A stretch of DNA of 58,199 nucleotides, taken from the IMG/VR virus record IMGVR_UViG_3300044724_011157, positions 1-58,199 of that record; one strand, given 5' to 3'. Positions 9,711 to 18,391 of the stretch are shown here, one piece after another. The notes below the pieces were generated by a model. It did not search any database. It was not told the origin of the DNA and saw only the letters and a list, made by a program, of their open reading frames with translations. The translations under genes and the position numbers were made by a program. Source of the DNA: a virus (taxonomy: Duplodnaviria > Caudoviricetes). Each line of letters opens with the position of its first letter. Position 1 is the stretch's first letter.

Positions 9711-10573
9711 TGTCAAAAGAAATAGAAAACCTGGCATCTGGAGATGTAGACGCAGAAAACGATAAATTGTTTATCGACTCTGGAGGAACCGCAAAAAGTA
9801 TTACTCTTGCCTCGATTGCTCAATCAACTCCAATAAATATTAGAGACTCATCTAAGACTTCCTGGCATTTTATTCCTGTTGAATATAGAGAGCCCTTAAA
9901 TATTAGATACGGATTCGAGTTCGACCCTCAAAGCCCAACTACTCTTGGAGATCAAGAAACAGAAATTGCACCCACAGTAGAAAACAAATTAACTGTTCCT
10001 CCAGGAAGATATCTGCATATTCAGTTTGATGTTGGCTCTGCTTCTAGCCTAGACGGAAGAATACCTGATGGAACAAGAAGGGTTATGTTGATGGCTCACG
10101 CTAAAAACATAACTCTCAAAACAAGATACAGAATGAGTAATAGAGTTATATTTGACGCAGACGATTCCGCCGAAAGTGTTTTTATATTTATATTAGAAAA
10201 TGTACAAGACTTAAGGTTGACAGAGTTAGAGTCTCCTGCTTCTGTGTCTGTATCTTATGATGGAAGATCTGCAAATCAGGTATATGGCGCACAAGAAACT
10301 TCATCTGCAAGCGCTATTCCTGTAGAAATTTTTCCAAATGTTAGAAGTAAAAAATGGGGTAATTTTTCCGGAGAATTAATAGATTGGCATAACAATCTAG
10401 GTCCAGAAAGAATGCTTCTAGAGGGAGAATTAACTAGGTCGGGATTAATTCCTAATTCTACAGGTCATGCAAATTTAGATCCCATTAATAAAATTTCGGC
10501 AACCCTGCAGACACAATCATCAAGCAGTGAGGGGATATTTTACAATGCCGTAATTCTGGCTTGGAGTTTTTAA
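9710..10573 (+). CDS. putative virion protein (paralogue of 7902 and 10577)
   Basis: 287 aa; KEIENLA..D.L.I...TAKSITL, WHF, IPDGTRRVMLMA, C-terminal VILAWSF. Confidence 0.5.
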   Translation: MSKEIENLASGDVDAENDKLFIDSGGTAKSITLASIAQSTPINIRDSSKTSWHFIPVEYREPLNIRYGFEFDPQSPTTLGDQETEIAPTVENKLTVPPGRYLHIQFDVGSASSLDGRIPDGTRRVMLMAHAKNITLKTRYRMSNRVIFDADDSAESVFIFILENVQDLRLTELESPASVSVSYDGRSANQVYGAQETSSASAIPVEIFPNVRSKKWGNFSGELIDWHNNLGPERMLLEGELTRSGLIPNSTGHANLDPINKISATLQTQSSSSEGIFYNAVILAWSF

Positions 10574-10576
10574 GTT

Positions 10577-11275
10577 ATGGATAAATTTTTAGCGAGCTTA
10601 TACAGCCTAGATAAAGAGGATTTTAATCCAGACAGTGATTTTGTTATTTTTGACAAACAAATTCAGCAGGGTGTTTGGGATACTCGGAGAACTTACTTCA
10701 ACAAAATGCTTGAAGATAACTCTGGAATTTTTAATGCACAGGGAAGAGAGTTTCAGTGGAACTTGGTGAATATTAAACCTGAGAATGTAACTATAAGATA
10801 TACATTAACAGGGGAGCAGGAAAATATAAGTTCATTATATAGTCAGGAAGAGCAAGACAAGTATGTTTTTTTTGATATGAAAATATCAAATATAAGCTCT
10901 CCGGATTTAATACCTTTTAATGCAAACTATGTTTGGATAGAATTAGTAGATAACACAAAAAGCTTAGAAATTATAGATGAACATGGTTGGACTAGTTTGT
11001 ACGATATAATGGCTGAATATAGCGCAGAAACCGACGGAACTAAGTTTACGACTAATCGAATATATAATTTTGTCGTGCAAAACATTCAGTTTCCCAGAAT
11101 TCGTCAGATAAATAAGTCAGAAGACCCGGATTGGGTGCAAAAAATACCCGACTCAATTGAGCATGAATTGATGACTCCCGAGCATTTCGCAAGTTTTCGC
11201 TGCGCAAAGGGAGATATTAGCGCCAAGGATAATATAGTAGAAAATATCAGATTGTCGATCAGGGCCTGGGCTTAG
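10577..11275 (+). CDS. putative virion protein (paralogue of 7902 and 9710)
   Basis: 232 aa; DFNPDSDFVIF, WNL, IPFNANYVWIEL, C-terminal LSIRAWA. Confidence 0.5.
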   Translation: MDKFLASLYSLDKEDFNPDSDFVIFDKQIQQGVWDTRRTYFNKMLEDNSGIFNAQGREFQWNLVNIKPENVTIRYTLTGEQENISSLYSQEEQDKYVFFDMKISNISSPDLIPFNANYVWIELVDNTKSLEIIDEHGWTSLYDIMAEYSAETDGTKFTTNRIYNFVVQNIQFPRIRQINKSEDPDWVQKIPDSIEHELMTPEHFASFRCAKGDISAKDNIVENIRLSIRAWA

Positions 11276-11462
11276 TTTTCTTACCCTTTATTCTTTCTAT
11301 TTCTTCTGGGAGGATTTTCATAAGTTTATCTGCCTTGTTTTCCATTATAAATTCTGCCGGAGTAGCTCCATCAAGCTTTTCATTTTCTGTTTTTAGCCAG
11401 CAGGTAGACTGATAAGAATTAAGGTTTTTGCTTAAAAATTCTAATATTGATCGATCTTTCAT
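11259..11462 (-). CDS. MbcA/ParS/Xre-type antitoxin C-terminal domain protein (DUF2384-like)
   Basis: 67 aa; WLKTENEKLDGATPAEFI matches the WLxxpnxxLxGxxPxxll family pattern. Confidence 0.6.
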   Translation of the reverse strand: MKDRSILEFLSKNLNSYQSTCWLKTENEKLDGATPAEFIMENKADKLMKILPEEIERIKGKKTKPRP

Positions 11463-11493
11463 ATATTTTATATTAAATATAAAAATATTTTTT

Positions 11494-12102
11494 TTAAAGT
11501 ATTATGTATTGTATATACTTTTGATTGGGGTAGTTTTGTAACTCTGTATGTTTTCCTGTTTGGGGTTCGAATATATAAAAACCCTTAGATGCAAATATTA
11601 TATTTACCATATGTAGTCCGCCACTTGGTATTCCCCCGAATGGCTCGACCTGCTTAACAACTACCACTCCAACCGCGGGCTCTGTTTTTGATTTGCTTTT
11701 ATAAGAAGATACGCTAAATAAAGATTTGTAGAGCATGGCGAAGTTATCACAATCAAGCGTTTCGTTTTGATTCATTGCCATAATTCCGTTCTCAAATTTT
11801 AATTTCTTAAACCAGCTGTTAAATTTTAGCCAAAAAAAATAGTCTACTGTTTTGTATTTTGAGTCCAAAAGTATCATTCGTATATCTGATGGAACTTGGA
11901 TGGGGATACTATTGTGTGACCGTTGATACTTAAAGTGATACCCAAAGTCTTTATGGTACATTGTTTTAGTATCAGTGTTTTGCAGGGGAATTGATTCTAG
12001 TTCTTCCATGTCTGTAGTTGTTAGGCATGCAGTCAGAACCCACAGGCAAAGCCCGCAGATTATAGATAAAAATCCAGTTTTAATATAAAAATATTTGTTC
12101 AT
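11494..12102 (-). CDS. putative lipoprotein with papain/transglutaminase-like Cys-His domain
   Basis: Start placed at ATG 12102 (MNKYFYIK), 9 nt from a GTGTA; signal peptide with LTAC lipobox; DCDNFA...HMVN...FEPQ motifs. Confidence 0.55.
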   Translation of the reverse strand: MNKYFYIKTGFLSIICGLCLWVLTACLTTTDMEELESIPLQNTDTKTMYHKDFGYHFKYQRSHNSIPIQVPSDIRMILLDSKYKTVDYFFWLKFNSWFKKLKFENGIMAMNQNETLDCDNFAMLYKSLFSVSSYKSKSKTEPAVGVVVVKQVEPFGGIPSGGLHMVNIIFASKGFYIFEPQTGKHTELQNYPNQKYIQYIIL

Positions 12103-12111
12103 AAATAATTT

Positions 12112-12130
12112 TACACTATAATAATGTGTA
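12112..12130. promoter_or_regulatory. back-to-back divergent GTGTA elements
   Basis: TACAC-tataataat-GTGTA; each element is exactly 9 nt from its own ATG (12102 minus, 12140 plus). Confidence 0.65.
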
Positions 12131-12139
12131 TATACATGC

Positions 12140-12574
12140 ATGGGCCCTATATTGAATACAATTATTGGAGCAGGCATAAAACTTGGGTGCAATTTGCTGC
12201 ACGCCTGGCTTGAGCAAAAACGTCAAGATCAATTAGCTTTGGCTGCTCGAGACGATAAAATGCTTGAGGCATTAATTAAAAGTCAGCAAGAGAATGCGGT
12301 TGACCCATTTGTTAAGGAAACTAGAAGGGTTTTGTTTATGTCTATAACATTCACTATGTGCTTTTTGATGATCTATTACGCAATGAATCCAGGAATACAA
12401 TACGATTTAATTGTGCCCAAGGGAGACGGCGCTAAGTGGGGATTTTTTAGTTGGATATTTGGGGGCAAAGACTGGGAAATGGTAAAAATGACTGGGGGCT
12501 TAATGCTTGCCTCATTTATGGATTTATGTTTTATGGTTGTTGGTTTTTACGCAATACCAAGCAAGAAAAGATGA
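12140..12574 (+). CDS. membrane protein, holin-like
   Basis: 144 aa with 2-3 hydrophobic helices and a basic C-terminus; first gene of an ATGA-coupled trio. Confidence 0.5.
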   Translation: MGPILNTIIGAGIKLGCNLLHAWLEQKRQDQLALAARDDKMLEALIKSQQENAVDPFVKETRRVLFMSITFTMCFLMIYYAMNPGIQYDLIVPKGDGAKWGFFSWIFGGKDWEMVKMTGGLMLASFMDLCFMVVGFYAIPSKKR

Positions 12575-12801
12575 TTCGATTTATCCCCCTATTGTTTCTA
12601 TTGAGCTCTTGCATGAGTAAAATAAAAGAGAGCATACCTGTAATTTCCAAAAAAAATGAAGTCGAGCAAGATGTTATTGATGCTCAGTCAAATAAAATTT
12701 TTGTGGAGAACTTAGATTTTAACGGGCCTTTTTTTTGGTTTGGTGTAATAGTTGGTGGAGTTATTTTATTTAACTTGCTTTTAAATTTTTTTAAGAAATG
12801 A
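12571..12801 (+). CDS. lipoprotein with C-terminal TM helix (unimolecular-spanin-like)
   Basis: Start at ATG 12571 (ATGA overlap): MIRFIPLLFLLSS-C lipobox and C-terminal FFWFGVIVGGVILFNLLL followed by KK. Confidence 0.5.
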   Translation: MIRFIPLLFLLSSCMSKIKESIPVISKKNEVEQDVIDAQSNKIFVENLDFNGPFFWFGVIVGGVILFNLLLNFFKK

Positions 12802-13400
12802 ATATGGGATTAGACTTTATAAGCGTGCTAACTGGTATGGTTTCTGCCGCAACGGCAGTTTTTGGTATGTATTTTAAGATGAAATATGACGAAAAGAAGA
12901 GCAAAGAGTTTAGCTATGATCCAAAGTTGCACGAAAATGTTATTTCTGCATTGAAATATATTCAAAGTGAGACCGAAGCTGATCGTGTGTATGTTATGGA
13001 GTTTCACAATGGCGAGCATTATTTCTCTGGCCGCAGTCAGCAAAAATTAAGCTGTACATATGAGATTGTTAGCGAAGGGATTAGTGTTGAGTCTCATAAT
13101 GTGCAGAACATTAGAATTTCAAATTTTCACTCGTTAATCAAACACATATCCGATCGCAGAAAAGATTACCAAACATTAATATGCGAAGATGTAGAAGAAT
13201 ATAATTCAGATATAACATACAAATCATTTCTCCAGCAAAAAGGCGTAAAAAGTATATTTGCACGACCTGTAAAAACATTGAATGGCAAGATATTAGGTGT
13301 TATTGTTTTAGAATATGTAAAAGAAAAAAGAAAATGGAGCGATGAGGCAGAAGAATTTGTTCGCAAACAAGCAAGAACTATTAGTGGTTATTTGATATAA
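12798..13400 (+). CDS. TM plus GAF-like domain protein (T4 T-holin-like architecture)
   Basis: 200 aa; single N-terminal TM; ADRVYVMEFHNG...KSIFARPV...LGVIVLEY GAF pattern. Confidence 0.55.
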   Translation: MNMGLDFISVLTGMVSAATAVFGMYFKMKYDEKKSKEFSYDPKLHENVISALKYIQSETEADRVYVMEFHNGEHYFSGRSQQKLSCTYEIVSEGISVESHNVQNIRISNFHSLIKHISDRRKDYQTLICEDVEEYNSDITYKSFLQQKGVKSIFARPVKTLNGKILGVIVLEYVKEKRKWSDEAEEFVRKQARTISGYLI

Positions 13401-13419
13401 TTATATTTTAGGCTATAAT
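13392..13419 (+). promoter_or_regulatory. sigma70-like promoter
   Basis: TTGATA-N16-TATAAT upstream of the ATG at 13431. Confidence 0.5.
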
Positions 13420-13430
13420 ATAAATATATT

Positions 13431-13817
13431 ATGGCTTTTTCATACTGTCCCCATTGTGGTTATAAGAATATGTATTCTATGCAAGCTCCCAAATTTTGCG
13501 GAGGTTGCGGAGAAACTTTAGACATATTATCTGCGGCAAAAACGCATGCGACCTCTAAGTCGTCTCCTGTGTCGATTCGCAGAACAGCTCCAAGGGTTCG
13601 CGCCGAGCAAGAAGTGGATGACCCTGACGGGACAGACGTATATCAGGTTCCGAGAATTACGAAGTTGTCTTACAGTATAGAGCAAGATAATAATAAATTT
13701 AGCCTAAAAGATTTCGTACCAGAAGATTTGGTAAAAAATTCAGCAGTCGACATACAAAAGCAACAACAAGAAGAACCAAAGAAGACTAAAAAGCGTGGCA
13801 GACCAAGAAAAAACTAA
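13431..13817 (+). CDS. zinc-ribbon protein with C-terminal AT-hook-like motif
   Basis: CPHCG...FCGGCG at the N-terminus; ends KKRGRPRKN. Confidence 0.65.
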   Translation: MAFSYCPHCGYKNMYSMQAPKFCGGCGETLDILSAAKTHATSKSSPVSIRRTAPRVRAEQEVDDPDGTDVYQVPRITKLSYSIEQDNNKFSLKDFVPEDLVKNSAVDIQKQQQEEPKKTKKRGRPRKN

Positions 13818-14538
13818 ATATACATACGAAGATAAAGCCCAGGAGATTGAAGTTGAGATTAAGAAAAGGAGAGGGAAGTGGTTCCTAGATTCTCTTGCCT
13901 GGTTTGATTTCGATGATGTCGAGCAAATAATAAAAGCCCACATTTACAAAAAGTGGGATCAGTGGGATCAAGAAAGATCTCTAAGGCCTTGGGTGAATAA
14001 AATAATCACCAATCAAATGAAAAATATCTTGCGAAACAATTACAGTAATTTCGTTAGACCCTGCTTGAACTGTCCGTTTAATCAATCCTTTTGTTCAAAA
14101 GATGGGGGCGAAGCTTCTTTGTGTGGCTTCACAAAGTCCGGACTCCAAGACTCTTCGTGTCCGTTATATGCAAAGTGGGAAAAAACAAAAAAGTCCGCTT
14201 ATGGTATAAAGATGGCATTGACCTTAGAAAATCACACTCACGAGGTTGGTGCTATGAGGGATAAATCCTTTGATATAATTGATGCGCAAAATAAGTTAAA
14301 CGCTCACATGAAAAAAGAATTAAGCGAAAAACAATTTCAGGTTTATGATTTATTGTTTATAAAAAACTTAGACGAAGAAGAGGTGGCAAAGACCATGGGA
14401 TATAAAACTAGCGAGAAAGGCAGAAAAGCCGGGTATAAACAAATAAAAAATTTAAAAAAGATATTCAAGCAAAAAGCTCAGGACATTTTAGACCGAGAAG
14501 ATATTATATCTAATAATAATGACCCCACATGGAGATAA
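13795..14538 (+). CDS. phage sigma70/ECF-like RNA polymerase sigma factor with Cys-rich insertion
   Basis: Region 2-like DDVEQ...WDQW...LRPWVNKIITNQMKN; region 4-like LSEKQFQVYDL...EEEVAKTMG; central CLNC...C...C...C. Confidence 0.7.
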   Translation: MADQEKTKYTYEDKAQEIEVEIKKRRGKWFLDSLAWFDFDDVEQIIKAHIYKKWDQWDQERSLRPWVNKIITNQMKNILRNNYSNFVRPCLNCPFNQSFCSKDGGEASLCGFTKSGLQDSSCPLYAKWEKTKKSAYGIKMALTLENHTHEVGAMRDKSFDIIDAQNKLNAHMKKELSEKQFQVYDLLFIKNLDEEEVAKTMGYKTSEKGRKAGYKQIKNLKKIFKQKAQDILDREDIISNNNDPTWR

Positions 14539-15581
14539 CTAAAGAGCAGAGGCAGGTAATTCTTGAAAATGCAGATAAGATAGCTGATTTGACAGAACTT
14601 ACCAAGCTAGTTTTCCCTGAAAAAGAAAATATCGACGGAAGAAGCAAAGAGGGTCGAGCTGTTAGGAAATTTTTGCTGGATAATAATATACAATACGAAA
14701 CAAAACATGTATACCCTAAGGAGGATGTGGTTTTGTCTGAAGAGCAGAAGGAGTTTATAGTCAATAATATGCAAAATGACGTCACCTGCTTGGATGTTTG
14801 TCAATTACTTTATCCCGAAGAAAGAATATCTCATGCAAGTAAAGAATATACTGCAGTACTAGAGTTTGTGGAGTCTCGGCAAGATCTCTCTACCCCTTCG
14901 GCAGAAAGCGCTATTGGTAAAAAATATAGCCCGCCAAAGGCTGTTAGTAAAATAATAAAAAAAATTAACGACTATTCCCAGAAAAATATTCAAGAAAATA
15001 AATTAACTGTTGGGGAAAGAAAGGGTATTGAGTCGCTCGGAGGATTTCTTGCGTCACCAAGGTTTATACAGGTTATAAATACATATGATAGTCAAGAGGA
15101 TAGAGATTTATTTGAAGCAGAGTTTGTTCGTGCGACCTGGGATAAGCCAGACTTAACTAGTGATGAAATTAATTTGTATATCAACGTATGTATGGATTAT
15201 ATTCATTTAAAAAATATTCAGGCAGCGATAAATAAGTTAAATAGAATGTTTGATGAAGCAGAAGATCAACAAGATCTCACTGTTCGACTCGCAGAACTCC
15301 TTAAGACAAAAAGCGAAGAATATAATCAATGCGAAAAAAGAATGGAGTCCTTGATTCAGAAGCTGCAGGGCGATAGATCTAAAAGAATAAGCAACAGGCA
15401 GCAGCAAAATGCAAATATATTGTCGCTAGTTCAGCTTTTTCAAGAAGAAGAAGAACGAAAGGTTATGGTAAAAATTGCACAGCTTCAAAGAAAGGCCGCA
15501 AAAGAAGAAGCTGGCAGATTGGAGTCTATGCCTGACTGGAAGGCTAGAGTATTAGGAATATCGCAAGAAGATGTAACGTAA
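14529..15581 (+). CDS. hypothetical coiled-coil protein (possible terminase small subunit)
   Basis: 350 aa, helical and coiled-coil; two genes upstream of the large terminase; function inferred from position only. Confidence 0.4.
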   Translation: MEITKEQRQVILENADKIADLTELTKLVFPEKENIDGRSKEGRAVRKFLLDNNIQYETKHVYPKEDVVLSEEQKEFIVNNMQNDVTCLDVCQLLYPEERISHASKEYTAVLEFVESRQDLSTPSAESAIGKKYSPPKAVSKIIKKINDYSQKNIQENKLTVGERKGIESLGGFLASPRFIQVINTYDSQEDRDLFEAEFVRATWDKPDLTSDEINLYINVCMDYIHLKNIQAAINKLNRMFDEAEDQQDLTVRLAELLKTKSEEYNQCEKRMESLIQKLQGDRSKRISNRQQQNANILSLVQLFQEEEERKVMVKIAQLQRKAAKEEAGRLESMPDWKARVLGISQEDVT

Positions 15582-16501
15582 TGAAATTTTCTTGTAAGGT
15601 CTGCGATAAGGGTTTTTCCTCAGAGAGATCTCTTCATGCACATATTAAGTCTCACGATTTATTTCTTGCGGAATACTATACAAAATATTATCCAAGATAT
15701 AACTTACTAACTGGAGATGTCTTGCCTTTCAAAAATAAAGCTCAGTATTTTGGGGAAGATTTTTCCACTCGAGATCAGTTAATTGAATGGTGCCAAAAAG
15801 AAAGCCAGGAAAATGTTCAAAACTATATTCTTGAGTTGCTAAAAAAAAGAATAGAATCCAGGTCTTTAAATGTTGGACCTTCCCATATGGAGCTATCGTT
15901 AAACTTGATGCCTGATATAGAAATTTATCAAAAAGTATTCGGATCTTATACCTCTGCCTGCAATCAGGTCGGGGCCGAACCGATGTTTGGATCAAGAATG
16001 CCTGATTCGTGGTATGAGACAGAGGTTTGCGATCCAAAAATATTTATAGACACTCGTGAGCAGCAACCGTTAAAGTTTAAAAACTTTGAGTCAATGAAGC
16101 TTGATGTTGGAGATTATGTAACTGCTGGCGAAGATTATAACTATACATATGTGGACAGAAAAAGTGAGCAAGATTTCAAGTCAACCTTGAGTAAAAATAG
16201 CCTAGAGAGGTTTCGCGCAGAACTAGAAAGAACAAAAAGCTTGGGAGCTTATTTGTTTGTTGTAACGGAAGGAAGTATAGAATCTATAGAAAAGAACAAT
16301 AAATGGGCACCCCATAAATCAAGCATGAAGTATATCTATCATAACATGAGGGTATTGGCTCACGAATTTGCTGGTCATTGTCAATTTATATTTACTGGCA
16401 GCAGAGAAAATAGCGAAAAAATTATACCAAAAATTCTGGTTTTAGGCAAAGAAATTTGGGGAGTAGATCTTCAATATTATATAGACAGGGGGAAAATATA
16501 G
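15581..16501 (+). CDS. C2H2 zinc finger plus ERCC4 (XPF/Mus81-type) nuclease
   Basis: N-terminal CKVCDKGFSSERSLHAHIKSH; C-terminal IDTREQ...GDY...VDRKS..DF...RF..ELER...LFVVTEG. Confidence 0.75.
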   Translation: MKFSCKVCDKGFSSERSLHAHIKSHDLFLAEYYTKYYPRYNLLTGDVLPFKNKAQYFGEDFSTRDQLIEWCQKESQENVQNYILELLKKRIESRSLNVGPSHMELSLNLMPDIEIYQKVFGSYTSACNQVGAEPMFGSRMPDSWYETEVCDPKIFIDTREQQPLKFKNFESMKLDVGDYVTAGEDYNYTYVDRKSEQDFKSTLSKNSLERFRAELERTKSLGAYLFVVTEGSIESIEKNNKWAPHKSSMKYIYHNMRVLAHEFAGHCQFIFTGSRENSEKIIPKILVLGKEIWGVDLQYYIDRGKI

Positions 16502-18372
16502 TGACTTGGCATACGGGAAATCAGTTATCAAGAAGAGACGAGCAGGATTTTAATGACATGCTTTTGGATAAAAAGGGGTTTCTTGAGGAGAAAGAGGCGA
16601 AATTATTGCTTTATCAATTTTTAAAGGAAAATATAACTTTCACTGCAGACTTAATCAGTGGGGTCAAGCTTTTTCCGTTTCAACACATGGCTATTAAAGC
16701 AATGTTCGAAACAGATTACTTTATGGGTGTATGGAGCCGCGGTATGAGTAAGTCTTTTACTACTGCAATATACGCCTACCTTGATGCAATACTCAATCAG
16801 GGTGTAGAAATTGGCATTCTTTCGAAATCATTTCGTCAGGCAAAAATGATCTTTAAGAAAATAGAAGATATTGCCAGCAAGCCGGGGGCAACATATCTTT
16901 CTCAGTGTATCACTCATAAATCAAAAAGCAATGATGAGTGGCTACTTGAAATTGGATCAAGCAGAATACGAGCTCTGCCTTTGGGAGACGGAGATAAATT
17001 GAGGGGTTTTCGTTTTCATAGAATAATTATCGACGAGTTTGCGCTAATGCCAGAACGTATCTATAACGAGGTGATAATTCCGTTCTTGAGTGTTGTTGAG
17101 AACCCAACCCAAAGAGAGGAGCTGTATAATCTAGAAACAAGTCTAATAAAAAAGGGGGAAATGAAGGAAGAAGATCGTCATGTTTGGAGGAACAATAAGC
17201 TTATCGCCCTGTCTTCTGCAAGCTATAAATTTGAGTATATGTACAAAGCTTACGAACAATTTGAAGAATTAATAGAAAAGGGTAGTTCAAAGCACTCTGA
17301 TGCGCATAGAGTCATTATGCAGTTTAGTTACGATTGCGCTCCGCGGCAACTCTATGATAAAAACCTCATTGACCAAGCAAAATCAACCATGAGTCAAAGT
17401 CAGTTTGATAGAGAATTTAATTCTGTATTTACTGATGATAGCAGCGGATACTTCAAGACTTCGAAAATGGCAGAATGCACATTACAGGAAGGTCAATCTC
17501 CCCATATAGAGGTTGTTGGAGAAGTTGGCGCAAAGTACATTCTTGCATTTGACCCGAGTTGGGCGGAAAGCGAAAGCAGCGACGACTTTGCGATGATGGT
17601 TATAAAGTTGAATGACGACAAAAAGATTGGGGCCGTCGTTCACAGTTACGCATTAAGCGGTACAAATTTAAAACAACATATATTTTATTTTTATTATCTA
17701 TTAACTCATTTTAATATTGTGAGTATTGTTGGCGACTATAATGGAGGCGTACAATTTATAAATGCATGCAATGAAAGTAGTTTATTCAAGAAAAACAATT
17801 TAAATATAAAATGCTTGAATACAAACTTTGATGATTTGGAACATTATCAAGAAAAACTCTTAGAGGGTAAAGCAGAATATAATCTACAAAATAAAACTAT
17901 TTGTTATCTTCGAAAGCCAACGAGTCAATGGATTCGTCTGGCAAACGAACTACTGCAAGCAAATTTTGACCACAAAAGAATATTTTTTGGTGCTCGAGCG
18001 ATTGATGAAGCATACAACGAACAAAGAAAAAAGAAAATACCTATACAAAAATTAAAATTCTTAAGAACTTCTCAATCTTTAGATAAGCAAACTGACGCTG
18101 CAAAAATGATTGACTTTGTGGAGCATCAATTTGATATGATAAATTTAATCAAGGGTCAATGCGCGCTTATACAAGTGTCCACTTCTGCAAGCGGGACTCA
18201 AACTTTTGATTTACCCCCAAACCTAAAGCGTCAAACAGGCCCAGAAAAAGCAAGAAAAGATAGTTATTCTGCACTAGTTCTTGGAAATTGGATGATAAAA
18301 TTGTATTATGATATGATGGACACAAAAGTAAAACCTGTAGAGTATACGTTTACTCCCATGTTTATAAAGTAG
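16501..18372 (+). CDS. terL: terminase large subunit
   Basis: Walker A-like SRGMSKS, LRGFRF..IIIDEF Walker B, RNase H-like AFDPS...DD...KD; likely GTG start at 16501 overlapping the upstream TAG. Confidence 0.85.
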   Translation: MTWHTGNQLSRRDEQDFNDMLLDKKGFLEEKEAKLLLYQFLKENITFTADLISGVKLFPFQHMAIKAMFETDYFMGVWSRGMSKSFTTAIYAYLDAILNQGVEIGILSKSFRQAKMIFKKIEDIASKPGATYLSQCITHKSKSNDEWLLEIGSSRIRALPLGDGDKLRGFRFHRIIIDEFALMPERIYNEVIIPFLSVVENPTQREELYNLETSLIKKGEMKEEDRHVWRNNKLIALSSASYKFEYMYKAYEQFEELIEKGSSKHSDAHRVIMQFSYDCAPRQLYDKNLIDQAKSTMSQSQFDREFNSVFTDDSSGYFKTSKMAECTLQEGQSPHIEVVGEVGAKYILAFDPSWAESESSDDFAMMVIKLNDDKKIGAVVHSYALSGTNLKQHIFYFYYLLTHFNIVSIVGDYNGGVQFINACNESSLFKKNNLNIKCLNTNFDDLEHYQEKLLEGKAEYNLQNKTICYLRKPTSQWIRLANELLQANFDHKRIFFGARAIDEAYNEQRKKKIPIQKLKFLRTSQSLDKQTDAAKMIDFVEHQFDMINLIKGQCALIQVSTSASGTQTFDLPPNLKRQTGPEKARKDSYSALVLGNWMIKLYYDMMDTKVKPVEYTFTPMFIK

Positions 18373-18377
18373 GTGTA
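18373..18377 (+). promoter_or_regulatory. GTGTA element (candidate late promoter of the head operon)
   Basis: Directly after the terL stop and 14 nt before the ATG at 18392. Confidence 0.55.
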
Positions 18378-18391
18378 CTGAACATACATAT

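Noticed and set aside
12103-12192. Longer starts given by the track (12192, 12451, 16456, 26125, 28714, 29870, 30625, 34362, 44186, 52815)
   Set aside because: Downstream starts fit better with ATGA overlaps, signal peptides, promoter spacing or domain boundaries
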